32,000 bases of DNA from Delftia acidovorans NBRC 14950. Lineage in GTDB: Bacteria; Pseudomonadota; Gammaproteobacteria; Burkholderiales; Burkholderiaceae_C. The DNA lies in NCBI RefSeq assembly GCF_001598795.1, contig NZ_BCZP01000012.1:90001-122000 (forward strand). Direction: 5' to 3'. A model generated the notes under the pieces. The model was not told the DNA's origin. It saw only the letters and a program-made list of their open reading frames with translations, and made no database searches. The translations under genes and the position numbers were made by a program. Positions 24,211-32,000 of this stretch are shown here, one piece after another (the stretch's first letter is position 1; every line of letters begins with the position of its first letter).

Positions 24211-24714
24211 ATGAACGCAAGCAAGACCCTGCTGATCGTCTACCACTCCATGACCGGCGGCACCCGCCAGATGGCCGAGGCCGCGCGCGACGGCGCAGCG
24301 GCCGAAGGCCAGGGCGTGCAGGTGCGCCTGCTGCACGCCTGCGAGGCCGGCCCGGACGATGTGCTGTCCGCCGACGGCTACCTCTTCGCCACCCCGGAAA
24401 ACCTGGCCGCCATCAGCGGCCAGCTCAAGGACTTCTTCGACCGCAGCTACTACGCGGCGCTGGACCGCATCAACGGCCGGCCCTATGCCAGCCTCATCTG
24501 CGCCGGCAGCGACGGCCAGAATGCGGCCCGCCAGATCGCCCGCATCGCCACCGGCTGGCGCCTCAAGCCCGTGGCCGAGCCCCTGATCATCTGCACCCAC
24601 GCCCAGACCACCGAAGCCATCCTGGCGCCCAAGCAGATTGCCGCAGCTGAGCTGGAGCAGTGCCGGGCGTTGGGGGAGGCGATGGGGGCCGGGCTGGCGC
24701 TGGGGGTCTTTTGA
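24211..24714 (+). CDS. Flavodoxin-like fold protein (NAD(P)H-dependent FMN reductase/flavodoxin family)
   Basis: The phosphate-binding loop pattern is LLIVYHSMTGGTRQMAE. It lies directly downstream of the TonB-dependent receptor. Confidence 0.75.
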   Translation: MNASKTLLIVYHSMTGGTRQMAEAARDGAAAEGQGVQVRLLHACEAGPDDVLSADGYLFATPENLAAISGQLKDFFDRSYYAALDRINGRPYASLICAGSDGQNAARQIARIATGWRLKPVAEPLIICTHAQTTEAILAPKQIAAAELEQCRALGEAMGAGLALGVF

Positions 24715-24772
24715 GGGTTGCCAGCATCTTGGGTGCCCTACATTTCTTGGTGGCCCGGTCGCCCGGTGTGGC

Positions 24773-26077
24773 TCAGCCGAACAGGCGCGACCAGAATCCG
24801 CCTTTTCCACCCACCTGCTGCCGGGCTCCCTGCATGTGGGCGCGTATGCCGAGCAATTGGGCATCGCCCGGATCGTGGCGCAGGGCGATCTCGACCAGTT
24901 CAGGCTGAAGGTGCGAGGCCTTGAGCTGGCCCAGGGCCCTGAGGGCGGTGACCTTGTGCGCATGAACGAAGCTCATGCTGCGAACTTCCCATTGCGCCTG
25001 CTGTTGCTGCGGCGAAAGCTGCGCATAGCGGCGCTCGGCTTCGGCCACGATGTCGAGGACGTCCTGGTGGTGGCCGGTCTCGTTGAGATAGGCGCATGCG
25101 GTCTGCGCGCAGTCCAGATGCAGGCCGGTGTCAAGCGCGTAGTCCTCCATCAGCAGCAGTGACAGGTCGGTGGCTTGCTTGCGGTTCCCCAGTTGCCGAT
25201 AGGCATGGCGCAGGTTTTCCAGCAGGGCCTGGAAACAGGTCTGCTGCAGCCCGGCTTCGAGGACGGCTGCCGCCTGCTCGTACTGTTCATGTGCGTTGTA
25301 CAGCACGCCCAGGTTGTTGCAGCACATGGCATAGGTGTGGATGTCCAGCGCGGCGGGCGCGGCCTCCTGGCCGTTTGCCGGCGTGCCGGCGCTGGCGAAG
25401 CGCTCCAGACAGCGTTCGTAGAGTGTGGTCTGCAGGCGCTCGATTTCCTGCAGGGCCGCTGCATCCGTGTCGGGGCGCTTCCACTTGCCCACGGTCACGC
25501 CGGCCGTGTAGTAGTCGGGTGCCGCCGGGCTATCAGCCAACTCGGGATAGGAAAAGATGCTGCGCCAGGGCACGGCATGCTCCATCTCGAAAATGCGGGC
25601 TTGCAAGTCCACCTGGGGCTGCAAGGCATGAGACTTGCGGTAGGCGGCCAGCGCGGGCTCGGGTTCGTCCAGCCAATAGTGGGCACTGCCCAAATAGCGG
25701 TGTCCATAGGCATTGCCTGGTGACATTGCCAGTGCGCGCTGCGCCCATTCGCCGACTTGGCGCAATGCCGCACTGCGGTCCTCGGTGAATTGGTCACTGG
25801 AATCGAGATACACCAGGCACAGCATCAGCCATGACCATTCGCTACCCTGGCCTGATTCGGCAGTGGCCTGAATGCTGGTCAAGAGGCTGGCAATCGCTTC
25901 GTTGTCCAGATGGCTGAAAACCGTGGTGCCGGCCCATAGCGCATGCATGCGCGCGTGGTCGCCCTGGCTGAAGGAATGCATTCCTTGGGAAATCAGTCGG
26001 TCCATGGTCTGTTGGGAATATTGTGGGAGGCGCCATCGTATCCGCTGTGTTTGACAGGAGGATGGGGCATCACTCAA
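24773..26077 (-). CDS. Hypothetical helical-repeat (TPR-like) protein. The start is uncertain: TTG at 26077 or ATG at 26005.
   Basis: Track ORF. Tyr/Leu/Ala-rich helical-repeat composition (e.g. NLGVLYNAHEQYEQAAAVLEAGL, AYGHRYLGSAHYWLDEPEPALAAYRKS). No signal peptide, and no convincing Shine-Dalgarno sequence at either start. Confidence 0.6.
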   Translation of the reverse strand: MSDAPSSCQTQRIRWRLPQYSQQTMDRLISQGMHSFSQGDHARMHALWAGTTVFSHLDNEAIASLLTSIQATAESGQGSEWSWLMLCLVYLDSSDQFTEDRSAALRQVGEWAQRALAMSPGNAYGHRYLGSAHYWLDEPEPALAAYRKSHALQPQVDLQARIFEMEHAVPWRSIFSYPELADSPAAPDYYTAGVTVGKWKRPDTDAAALQEIERLQTTLYERCLERFASAGTPANGQEAAPAALDIHTYAMCCNNLGVLYNAHEQYEQAAAVLEAGLQQTCFQALLENLRHAYRQLGNRKQATDLSLLLMEDYALDTGLHLDCAQTACAYLNETGHHQDVLDIVAEAERRYAQLSPQQQQAQWEVRSMSFVHAHKVTALRALGQLKASHLQPELVEIALRHDPGDAQLLGIRAHMQGARQQVGGKGGFWSRLFG

Positions 26078-26121
26078 TCGGAGTGATTAGACGCCTTTGT
26101 AGAAAATGTCTGAACAACAGG

Positions 26122-26583
26122 TCAAAGCCCCGTCAACTGCGGCAATGCCTTCTCGCAGGCCTTGCGGCACAGGTAGCGCAGGTCCTGTTCACCATCTTCA
26201 CTGCGCAGGTAGCCGGCACCGGCGGCGTTGATGTTCCATTCATAGACCTTGCCCGAGCGCAGCAGCCGTCCGCTGAAACTGCAGGGCAGGATGATGGATT
26301 CCTCGTGGAAGCTGCCAGCCGAAACTTGCTTTGCCGTCGCGAAATAGCGGGCCACGTCGGCGGCGTCCAGGCTGACTTTCTCGCATCCCATGGTCTCGCC
26401 CGTGCCCACGGAACGGGTGACCGGGCCGATGACGGAAATGGGTACCGCCTTGGCAGCGTGTTTGGGCGTGGATGTGGAAGTAGATGAGGCCTGCAGCGGC
26501 GCATGCAGGCACAGCATCACGGCAGCCCAGGCGGCAATGCGCAGGCTGCGAGAGGGATTGTTGAAAAGCTGGCTGGATGGCAT
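26122..26583 (-). CDS. Signal-peptide-bearing 153-aa protein, candidate periplasmic immunity protein for the adjacent amidase
   Basis: The signal peptide is LRIAAWAAVMLCLHAPLQA/SS and the mature part has four cysteines. The ATG at 26583 lies 3 nt after the amidase TGA (TGA GCC ATG). The function is inferred from gene context only. Confidence 0.65.
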   Translation of the reverse strand: MPSSQLFNNPSRSLRIAAWAAVMLCLHAPLQASSTSTSTPKHAAKAVPISVIGPVTRSVGTGETMGCEKVSLDAADVARYFATAKQVSAGSFHEESIILPCSFSGRLLRSGKVYEWNINAAGAGYLRSEDGEQDLRYLCRKACEKALPQLTGL

Positions 26584-26586
26584 GGC

Positions 26587-27219
26587 TCAGGCTCCCGTGA
26601 AGATGTAGCGCAGCAATTGGGCGCCTTCGGTCGCTTCCTTGCGGGCAATGGCGCCGTGGGAGTAGACATCGGACAGAAGCTTGAGCTTGTAGTGGTCCAC
26701 CAATTGCTGGGTCAGCCATTTGGTCTGGAACAGCTGCGATTGGGTGGGCGCCTCGTAATCCTTGGTCGATGGCAGGAAACGGCCCACCACCTCGATGCCC
26801 ACGGAGTCGCTGTTGGCCGGATAACGCAACGGATAGGCCTTTGTGTTCTCGTGCGATGACACATTCTTGGCTCGCTTGCTGAAGCTCAGGCCCTTTTGGT
26901 GCAGCAGGGCATTGATGTTCTTGAGTTCCGTGGGATCGCAGGTGCTCTCGTTGACGCAGCGTGGCTGAAGAATTCCCACATGCCAGCAGATCTTTTCCAG
27001 ACTGGCGGTTTGTTAGATCTTCCCGTCCTTCTCGATCAGAAAGTGCGCCCCCGTCTTCTGGCCGCTCTTGTAGGCATTGAGCACGCTGGCTGCCGTGGAC
27101 GAGTCAGTGCGGTGTAGCACGATGGATGTGACGGACAGCAAGGCGCCGTGCTCTATGGATGGATAGGTCTTGACTTCGACGCTTTTGTCTACCATCAATC
27201 CTTTTTCGATAGTGGCCAA
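26587..27219 (-). pseudogene. Amidase_2 (AmpD/PGRP/T7-lysozyme fold) N-acetylmuramoyl-L-alanine amidase, no signal peptide, interrupted by one in-frame TAA at 27015..27013
   Basis: Track ORFs 27013..27219 and 26587..26979 are in the same frame. The read-through is ...SIVLHRTDS...GAHFLIEKDGKI*QTASLEKICWHVGILQ...SVGIEVVGRF...VYSHGAIARKEATEG. The IVLH.T, AHFLI..DG, WH.G, S.GIE..G and H-x-x-I-A-x-K-x-x-x-E-G landmarks match the Amidase_2 family. The second track ORF starts at a GTG inside the WHVG motif, so that is not a real start. A GGGAG Shine-Dalgarno sequence precedes the ATG at 27219. Confidence 0.75.
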
Positions 27220-27440
27220 TTATTTCTCCCTCTGTATTCCGGCTGAATGAATGCGAATGGCGGAAAGCCGGGAGAGCATACGTGGCAGAGGGATATGAAT
27301 GATTCAAAATGTACAATTCATGCCTGATTGGAAATATCTTGAAACAATTAAGGGGATTTATGAAGTCTTGATGAATGGTGAGCGCATGTGTTCATGTCTT
27401 TGCATCGGCCATGAAGTACCTCATGGCCTTGTACACCTGT

Positions 27441-27908
27441 CTAATGGGTTTTGATTTCGATGATCATTCCGAAGATAAACGCAATCCCCAACCCAAAAAT
27501 AGTGCCAAGAGAATTCAGGAAAATATATTCAAGATCCGTAGAAAACGGACCATTCATGGAAAAAATCAGAGAAATGCCAAGATATGGAATGGAGCCTGCG
27601 ATGGCTCCATAAATCGAAAGATTCAATAGTGTCAAAAGGTTGTGTTTATTCAGCATGAATATGCCAGGCAGACCCAGAATGACGAAGCCTGTATAGCTGC
27701 AGGCCCAAATCGGGAAGATCAGCAAGCCGATCCAGCTGTCCCCGCTGATTCTTGCTGTGGCAAGAATTGCCAATATCACCGCGGGGAAAAATGGCGCAGC
27801 CAAGCATGCGGCAAGCATTCTGGGCGTAATGCAGATAAATGATTGAGTCTGCAACTCATGGGCGTCTGGCCTGACGGAATTCATCCGTTGCGGAATCATT
27901 TTTTCCAT
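27441..27908 (-). CDS. 155-aa four-TM membrane protein, hypothetical (AT-rich)
   Basis: Track ORF with four clear hydrophobic helices (e.g. WIGLLIFPIWACSYTGFVILGLPGIFML and FLNSLGTIFGLGIAFIFGMII). Not similar to the 167-aa paralogs. The true start among several Met codons is uncertain. Confidence 0.55.
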   Translation of the reverse strand: MEKMIPQRMNSVRPDAHELQTQSFICITPRMLAACLAAPFFPAVILAILATARISGDSWIGLLIFPIWACSYTGFVILGLPGIFMLNKHNLLTLLNLSIYGAIAGSIPYLGISLIFSMNGPFSTDLEYIFLNSLGTIFGLGIAFIFGMIIEIKTH

Positions 27909-28004
27909 GATGGAGTGGTGGATTCACAGTTGGAAATGGCTGAAAGGAGTGGCCATCGTATTTGCCCTCTGTGAAGTCAGTGAGAAGTGGCTTGGACCGG
28001 CAAT

Positions 28005-28943
28005 TCAGGACTGGCCAGATAGCCGGTGCCCCAGCACCGCCACCACAATGCAGCCCATCCCCGCCCACTGCGCCGCCGACGGCACAGCGCCAAACCAGAC
28101 CAGGTCCACCAGCAAGGCCATGGCGGGGTAGACGAAAGACAGTGCCGCAATGGCGGGCGCCGGCAGCCGCTGGAATGCGGCATACATCACCGTGTACATG
28201 AAGGCCGTATGGACCAGTCCCAGGGTCAGCACCATGGAGGCGGCCCGCGTTGACAGCAACTGCGGGCTGGCTGCGGCGATATGGGTGAGCAGGGGCAGGG
28301 CCCACAGGCTCAGTACCAGTCCGCCCGCCAGCATCTGCAGCATGGCGATCTGGGCCGAGGGCATGTGGCCCAGGCGGCGCGTGGCCACCGTGGTGCCTGC
28401 GTAGAGAGCGGCGGCCAGCAGGGCCAGGGCGACGCCGACCCACGCGCCTGTTCCAGCATGCGATGCATCCATGCCGTCCAGCCCGACCAGGCCGCTGCTC
28501 AGCGCCACCCCCAGCAGGGCCAGCAGCAGCCAGGGCAGCTTGCGGCGTTCGACGGGCTCGCCCTGCAGCGCCGAAAGAGCCAGCAGCATGAAGGGCTGCA
28601 CGTGGTAGACCACGGTGGCCACGGCGATGGAGCTGTAGTGGTAGGCGCTGAAGAGGGCGACCCAGTTCAATACCAGGGCGATGCCGCCCCCGGCCAGCCA
28701 CAGCCATTCCCGGCCTTGGGGTTTGACCCATTCGCGCCGCCAGGCCAGCCACAGGCCCAGGCCCAGTGCGCCCAGCACGCAGCGGGCGAATACGACCAGC
28801 AGCGGCGGCAGCGCGCTTTCCACGACGAGCAGGCCGATGGTGCCCGACAGCGCCATGGCCAGCAGCATGCGCCAGGTGCCGCCCTGGCTGGTTCGGGGCC
28901 GTGTGGGTGAGGTTGCAGAGGTGAGGCTGGGGCTGTGGGACAT
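28005..28943 (-). CDS. EamA/DMT-family transporter
   Basis: Track ORF 28005..29009, trimmed to the ATG at 28943 (MSHSPSLTS...). About ten hydrophobic helices form two EamA-like halves. Confidence 0.85.
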   Translation of the reverse strand: MSHSPSLTSATSPTRPRTSQGGTWRMLLAMALSGTIGLLVVESALPPLLVVFARCVLGALGLGLWLAWRREWVKPQGREWLWLAGGGIALVLNWVALFSAYHYSSIAVATVVYHVQPFMLLALSALQGEPVERRKLPWLLLALLGVALSSGLVGLDGMDASHAGTGAWVGVALALLAAALYAGTTVATRRLGHMPSAQIAMLQMLAGGLVLSLWALPLLTHIAAASPQLLSTRAASMVLTLGLVHTAFMYTVMYAAFQRLPAPAIAALSFVYPAMALLVDLVWFGAVPSAAQWAGMGCIVVAVLGHRLSGQS

Positions 28944-29088
28944 GGTGTCGATTCCTGGGCGCGCTTCGGTATGGAGCGCATGGCCGTATCTTGCGGACCC
29001 TTCAATCAATCAACAATCCACCAGTCATTCAAATTAATATTGCCTGCCATGCAACAAATACCGGAGTAGCGCCTTGCTCGATACCGCC

Positions 29089-30021
29089 ATGCCCCTGGAT
29101 GAAATGCTGGTCTTCGCCCGTGTGGTGGAGCACCAGAGCTTTGCGGGAGCGGCCCGGCAGCTGGGGCTGACGACCTCGGCCGTGAGCCGCAGCGTGGGGC
29201 GGCTGGAGGCGCATTTCGGGCTGCGGCTGCTGCAGCGCACCACGCGCTCGCTGTCGCTGACCGAGGCGGGGGCCGAGATCCACCAGGCCTGCCTTCGGCT
29301 GGTGGCGGATGCCCAGGCCGTGCAGGCGCTGGCCGGCCAACTGCGCCAGCAGCCGCGCGGGCTGCTGAAGATCAGCGCGCCGGCCGTGCTGGGCGATCTC
29401 TGGCTGTCGCCACTGCTGCCGGGCTTTTGCGCGCGCTGGCCTGAGGTACAGGTGCAGGTGGACATGACGGACCGCATGGTGGACCTGGTGGCCGAGGGGC
29501 TGGACCTGGGCCTGCGCATCAGCGTGCGCGGCCAGATCGCGCCGGGGCTGGTGGCGCGGCCGCTCAAGACCATCCGCTATGTGCTGGTGGCCACGCCCGG
29601 CTATCTGGCGCGGCATGCGCAGATCACGGAGCCCGGACAACTGCTGGCGCATCCCTTCATCAGCCTGGGCTACGGGCAGTTCCAGAACGAGGTGGAATTG
29701 CGCCCGCTCCACCCTGCGGCCGCGCCCGCCACGCGTCTGCTGGTGAATACGCCCATCACCATTGCCAGCAGCCTGGGCATCATCCAGGCGCTGCAGCAGG
29801 GGCCGGGCATTGGCGTGGTGGCCGACTTTGCCGCGCAGGCGGCGCTGCAGGCCGGGCAGCTGGCGCCCGTGCTGCCGGGCTGGGCGCTGTGCGGCAAGTA
29901 CGCGCCGCGCGTGGTGCATGCGGTCTATGCGCCCACGCGCCATGTGCCGCTGAAGCTGCGGGCGCTGATCGACTACCTGGTCGAGGTGGAGGGTGAGGGC
30001 GCCGCGGCCCCCACCACCTAA
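29089..30021 (+). CDS. LysR-family transcriptional regulator, divergent from the EamA transporter
   Basis: Track ORF 29074..30021 (TTG); the ATG at 29089 gives MPLDEMLVFARVVEHQSFAGAARQLGLTTSAVSRSVGRLEAHFGLRLLQRTTR. Confidence 0.9.
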   Translation: MPLDEMLVFARVVEHQSFAGAARQLGLTTSAVSRSVGRLEAHFGLRLLQRTTRSLSLTEAGAEIHQACLRLVADAQAVQALAGQLRQQPRGLLKISAPAVLGDLWLSPLLPGFCARWPEVQVQVDMTDRMVDLVAEGLDLGLRISVRGQIAPGLVARPLKTIRYVLVATPGYLARHAQITEPGQLLAHPFISLGYGQFQNEVELRPLHPAAAPATRLLVNTPITIASSLGIIQALQQGPGIGVVADFAAQAALQAGQLAPVLPGWALCGKYAPRVVHAVYAPTRHVPLKLRALIDYLVEVEGEGAAAPTT

Positions 30022-31583
30022 CCCATGCGCCTTCGCAGCGCCGCGCTGGCCCAGTCCACGGCCACGGACAGTGCCAGCATGGCGATGATGACGGTGCTGG
30101 CCTGGGCGTAGTGGAACAGCGACAGCTCGAAGTACAGCAGCTGCCCCAGCCCGCCCGCGCCCACGAAGCCCAGGATGGCGGCCATGCGGATGTTCATCTC
30201 CCAGCGGTACAGCGTATAGGCCAGCAACTGCGGCGCGGCGCCGGGCAGCGTCGCGTAGAGGAAGGCCATGGCGCGGCCGCTGCCGGACAGGCGCAACGCT
30301 TGGGTGGGGGCGGCGGGCTGGTTCTGCAGGGCCTCGGCATAGAGGCGCCCCAGCACGCCGGCCGTGTGCAGCGCCAGCGCCAGCGCGCCTGCGAACGGGC
30401 CCAGGCCCACGGCCAGGGCGGTGATGGTGGCCCAGACCAGCTCGGGCACGGAGCGCAGCACGTTGAGCACCAGGCTCCAGGGAGCGCGCCAGCGCGGCAA
30501 CGCCAGCAGCAGGCCCAGCACGGCCGCCAGCAAGGTGCCGACCACGGAGATGGCCAGCGTCTCCCACACGCCCACGGCCACCTTGCGCAGCCATTCGGCG
30601 CTGGTGTCGGGCGGGAAGAAGCTGATGACGAATTCCAGCATGGACCGGCCCGCCGCGCCGGTGAACAGCGAGGGCAGGTCCATCTCCAGCATGGCAAAGC
30701 TGGCGACCACGCCCAGCGCCAGGGCGGCGCAGGTGAGGGCGCTGCGCCAGCCCCAGGCGCTGGCACGCGCGGCGGGTGGCGTGTCCAGCGCGCGGCGCAG
30801 GCCGCGCGAGAGCAGGTCTGCACCCCAGACCAGCAGCATGAAGGTCAGCAAGATGGTGCTGGCCTCGCCGCCGTTGAGCATCTTCATGGCCTGGTCCATG
30901 AGCTGGCCCAGGCCGCCCGCACCCACAAAGCCCATGACCACCGAGGCGCGTATGGCGCACTCCCAGCGGTAGACGGTGTACGAGGTCAGCTCGCGCGCTG
31001 CCTGGGGCAGCAGGCCGTAGAGCATGGCCAGCGGCCGGCGCGCGCCCGCCTGCGCCAGGGCACGCGCGGGCGCGGGGTCGGCCGATTCCAGGATTTCCGC
31101 ATAGACCTTGGCCAGCATGCCGCCATAGGTCAGGCCCAGGGCCAGCACGCCGGCCGCCGGCCCCAGGCCGAAGACGCGCACGAAGACCAGGGCCCAGACC
31201 AGCTCGGGCACGCCGCGCAGGATGGTGAGCAGGCCGCGCGTGACGGGATTGAGCGCCCGCCGCTCGCGCGCGGCGCCCGTGACCAGGTAGGCCAGCGGCA
31301 CGGCCAGCACAAAGGCCAGGGCCATGCCGGCCGTGGCAATGGCCAGGGTCTCCAGCGTGGCGCGGCCCAGGTAGCCCAGGAAGTCGCGCCCGGTTTCGGG
31401 CGGAAGAAACGTGGCCAGAAAGCGGCCTATGACCTGCAGGTTGCCGGGATCGAACAGCGCGCCCAGGCTGAAGCCCGCACCCTGGAACAGCGGCCACAGT
31501 ACGACGGCGGCCAGTACCAGGGCGCCGAGGCGGCGGGGCGCGGCGGGGTCACGCAGCGCGTGCAGATCGGAACTCAACGGCAT
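30018..31583 (-). CDS. phnE: Phosphonate ABC transporter permease PhnE, a tandem-duplicated (two-domain) form
   Basis: Track ORF 30018..31631 (GTG); the ATG at 31583 overlaps the upstream phnC stop by 10 nt. Two PhnE-type EAA-loop segments are present: [40 protein letters not shown] and [40 protein letters not shown]. Confidence 0.85.
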   Translation of the reverse strand: MPLSSDLHALRDPAAPRRLGALVLAAVVLWPLFQGAGFSLGALFDPGNLQVIGRFLATFLPPETGRDFLGYLGRATLETLAIATAGMALAFVLAVPLAYLVTGAARERRALNPVTRGLLTILRGVPELVWALVFVRVFGLGPAAGVLALGLTYGGMLAKVYAEILESADPAPARALAQAGARRPLAMLYGLLPQAARELTSYTVYRWECAIRASVVMGFVGAGGLGQLMDQAMKMLNGGEASTILLTFMLLVWGADLLSRGLRRALDTPPAARASAWGWRSALTCAALALGVVASFAMLEMDLPSLFTGAAGRSMLEFVISFFPPDTSAEWLRKVAVGVWETLAISVVGTLLAAVLGLLLALPRWRAPWSLVLNVLRSVPELVWATITALAVGLGPFAGALALALHTAGVLGRLYAEALQNQPAAPTQALRLSGSGRAMAFLYATLPGAAPQLLAYTLYRWEMNIRMAAILGFVGAGGLGQLLYFELSLFHYAQASTVIIAMLALSVAVDWASAALRRRMG

Positions 31584-32000
31584 GCGGATGCGGACAGCGG
31601 TGCGGCAAAGGCGGCGGGCGCGGGTGTCCACGCAGGGCGGGAGGGATCATCGCCAGGATGCTCGGACCCATACAGCGCACACAGATGTTCCTGCGTGACT
31701 TCAGCCGCCGGCAGGTCGAAGGCGATGGCGCCATCGCGGATGCCCACGATGCGCGCAAAGCAGGCCAGCGCCAGGTCCACGGCATGCAGGCTGGCGACCA
31801 GGGTGGCGCCGCGCGCGGCCGCTTCGTGCACCAGCAGTTGCACGGTGGACAGGGCCAGGGCCGGGTCCAGCGCGGCCACGGGCTCGTCGGCCAGGATGAG
31901 CTCGGCCTGCTGGTAGAGCACGCGGGCGATGCCCACGCGCTGCAGCTGCCCGCCAGAGAGCTGGTCGCAGCGCGCGAACAGCTTGTCTGCCAGCTGCACG
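31574..32000 (-). CDS. phnC: Phosphonate/ABC transporter ATP-binding protein (PhnC-like), C-terminal part only; the 5' end lies beyond the right window edge
   Basis: The ABC signature [15 protein letters not shown] and the Walker B motif LILADEP are present. The frame is open to the window edge. Confidence 0.85.
   Translation of the reverse strand, partial: VQLADKLFARCDQLSGGQLQRVGIARVLYQQAELILADEPVAALDPALALSTVQLLVHEAAARGATLVASLHAVDLALACFARIVGIRDGAIAFDLPAAEVTQEHLCALYGSEHPGDDPSRPAWTPAPAAFAAPLSASACR

Noticed and set aside
29029-31916. 822-aa minus-strand ORF (29029..31497) and 601-aa plus-strand ORF (30111..31916)
   Set aside because: They overlap the LysR regulator and PhnE/PhnC genes in other frames or on the other strand. 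Their composition is extremely Arg/Gly/Pro/Ala-rich, so they are not credible proteins.
1-32000. CRISPR arrays, rRNA genes, prophage structural genes
   Set aside because: There are no regularly spaced short direct repeats, no rRNA-like segments, and no capsid, tail or terminase-like ORFs.

Overview
This is a high-GC (about 65%) chromosomal window, probably from a betaproteobacterium; a Comamonadaceae-like origin is inferred from protein sequence flavour only.

The backbone is ordinary:
- A partial RND efflux permease plus its periplasmic adaptor. The permease is missing from the ORF track because it runs off the left edge.
- A divergent CueR-type MerR regulator followed by an ISC-type 2Fe-2S ferredoxin, and a convergent CopZ-like gene.
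- A fatty-acid beta-oxidation operon: FadB-like protein, thiolase and a long acyl-CoA dehydrogenase.
- A GNAT acetyltransferase and a PNPOx-FNR-ferredoxin fusion oxidoreductase with a GST and a LysR regulator.
- A Fur-box-controlled cell-surface-signalling unit: a sigma/FecR hybrid, a TonB-dependent transducer and a flavodoxin-like protein.
- An EamA transporter with a LysR regulator, and PhnE/PhnC phosphonate ABC transporter components.

Three lower-GC islets interrupt the backbone.
- **About 10449..13170 (most interesting).** A 325-codon protein with no recognisable family has a genome-like-GC 5' part and an AT-rich, glycine-zipper/TM-rich 3' part. It is translationally coupled to a 167-aa three-TM membrane protein. 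Directly downstream lies a 5'-truncated orphan copy of the toxin-like C-terminus with its own paralogous 167-aa membrane protein. The two copies share a region of roughly 94% nucleotide identity. This architecture matches polymorphic toxin/immunity loci with orphan CT-immunity cassettes, but no known secretion marker or toxin domain is visible.
- **About 26100..27950.** A signal-peptide-less Amidase_2-type peptidoglycan amidase gene is broken by a single in-frame TAA. It is tightly coupled to a signal-peptide-bearing, putative immunity-like protein, and a lone four-TM protein lies upstream.
- **19094..20185.** A META/DUF4377-like secreted protein and a small protein.

Many long ORFs in the track are antisense shadow ORFs typical of GC-rich DNA and were rejected.
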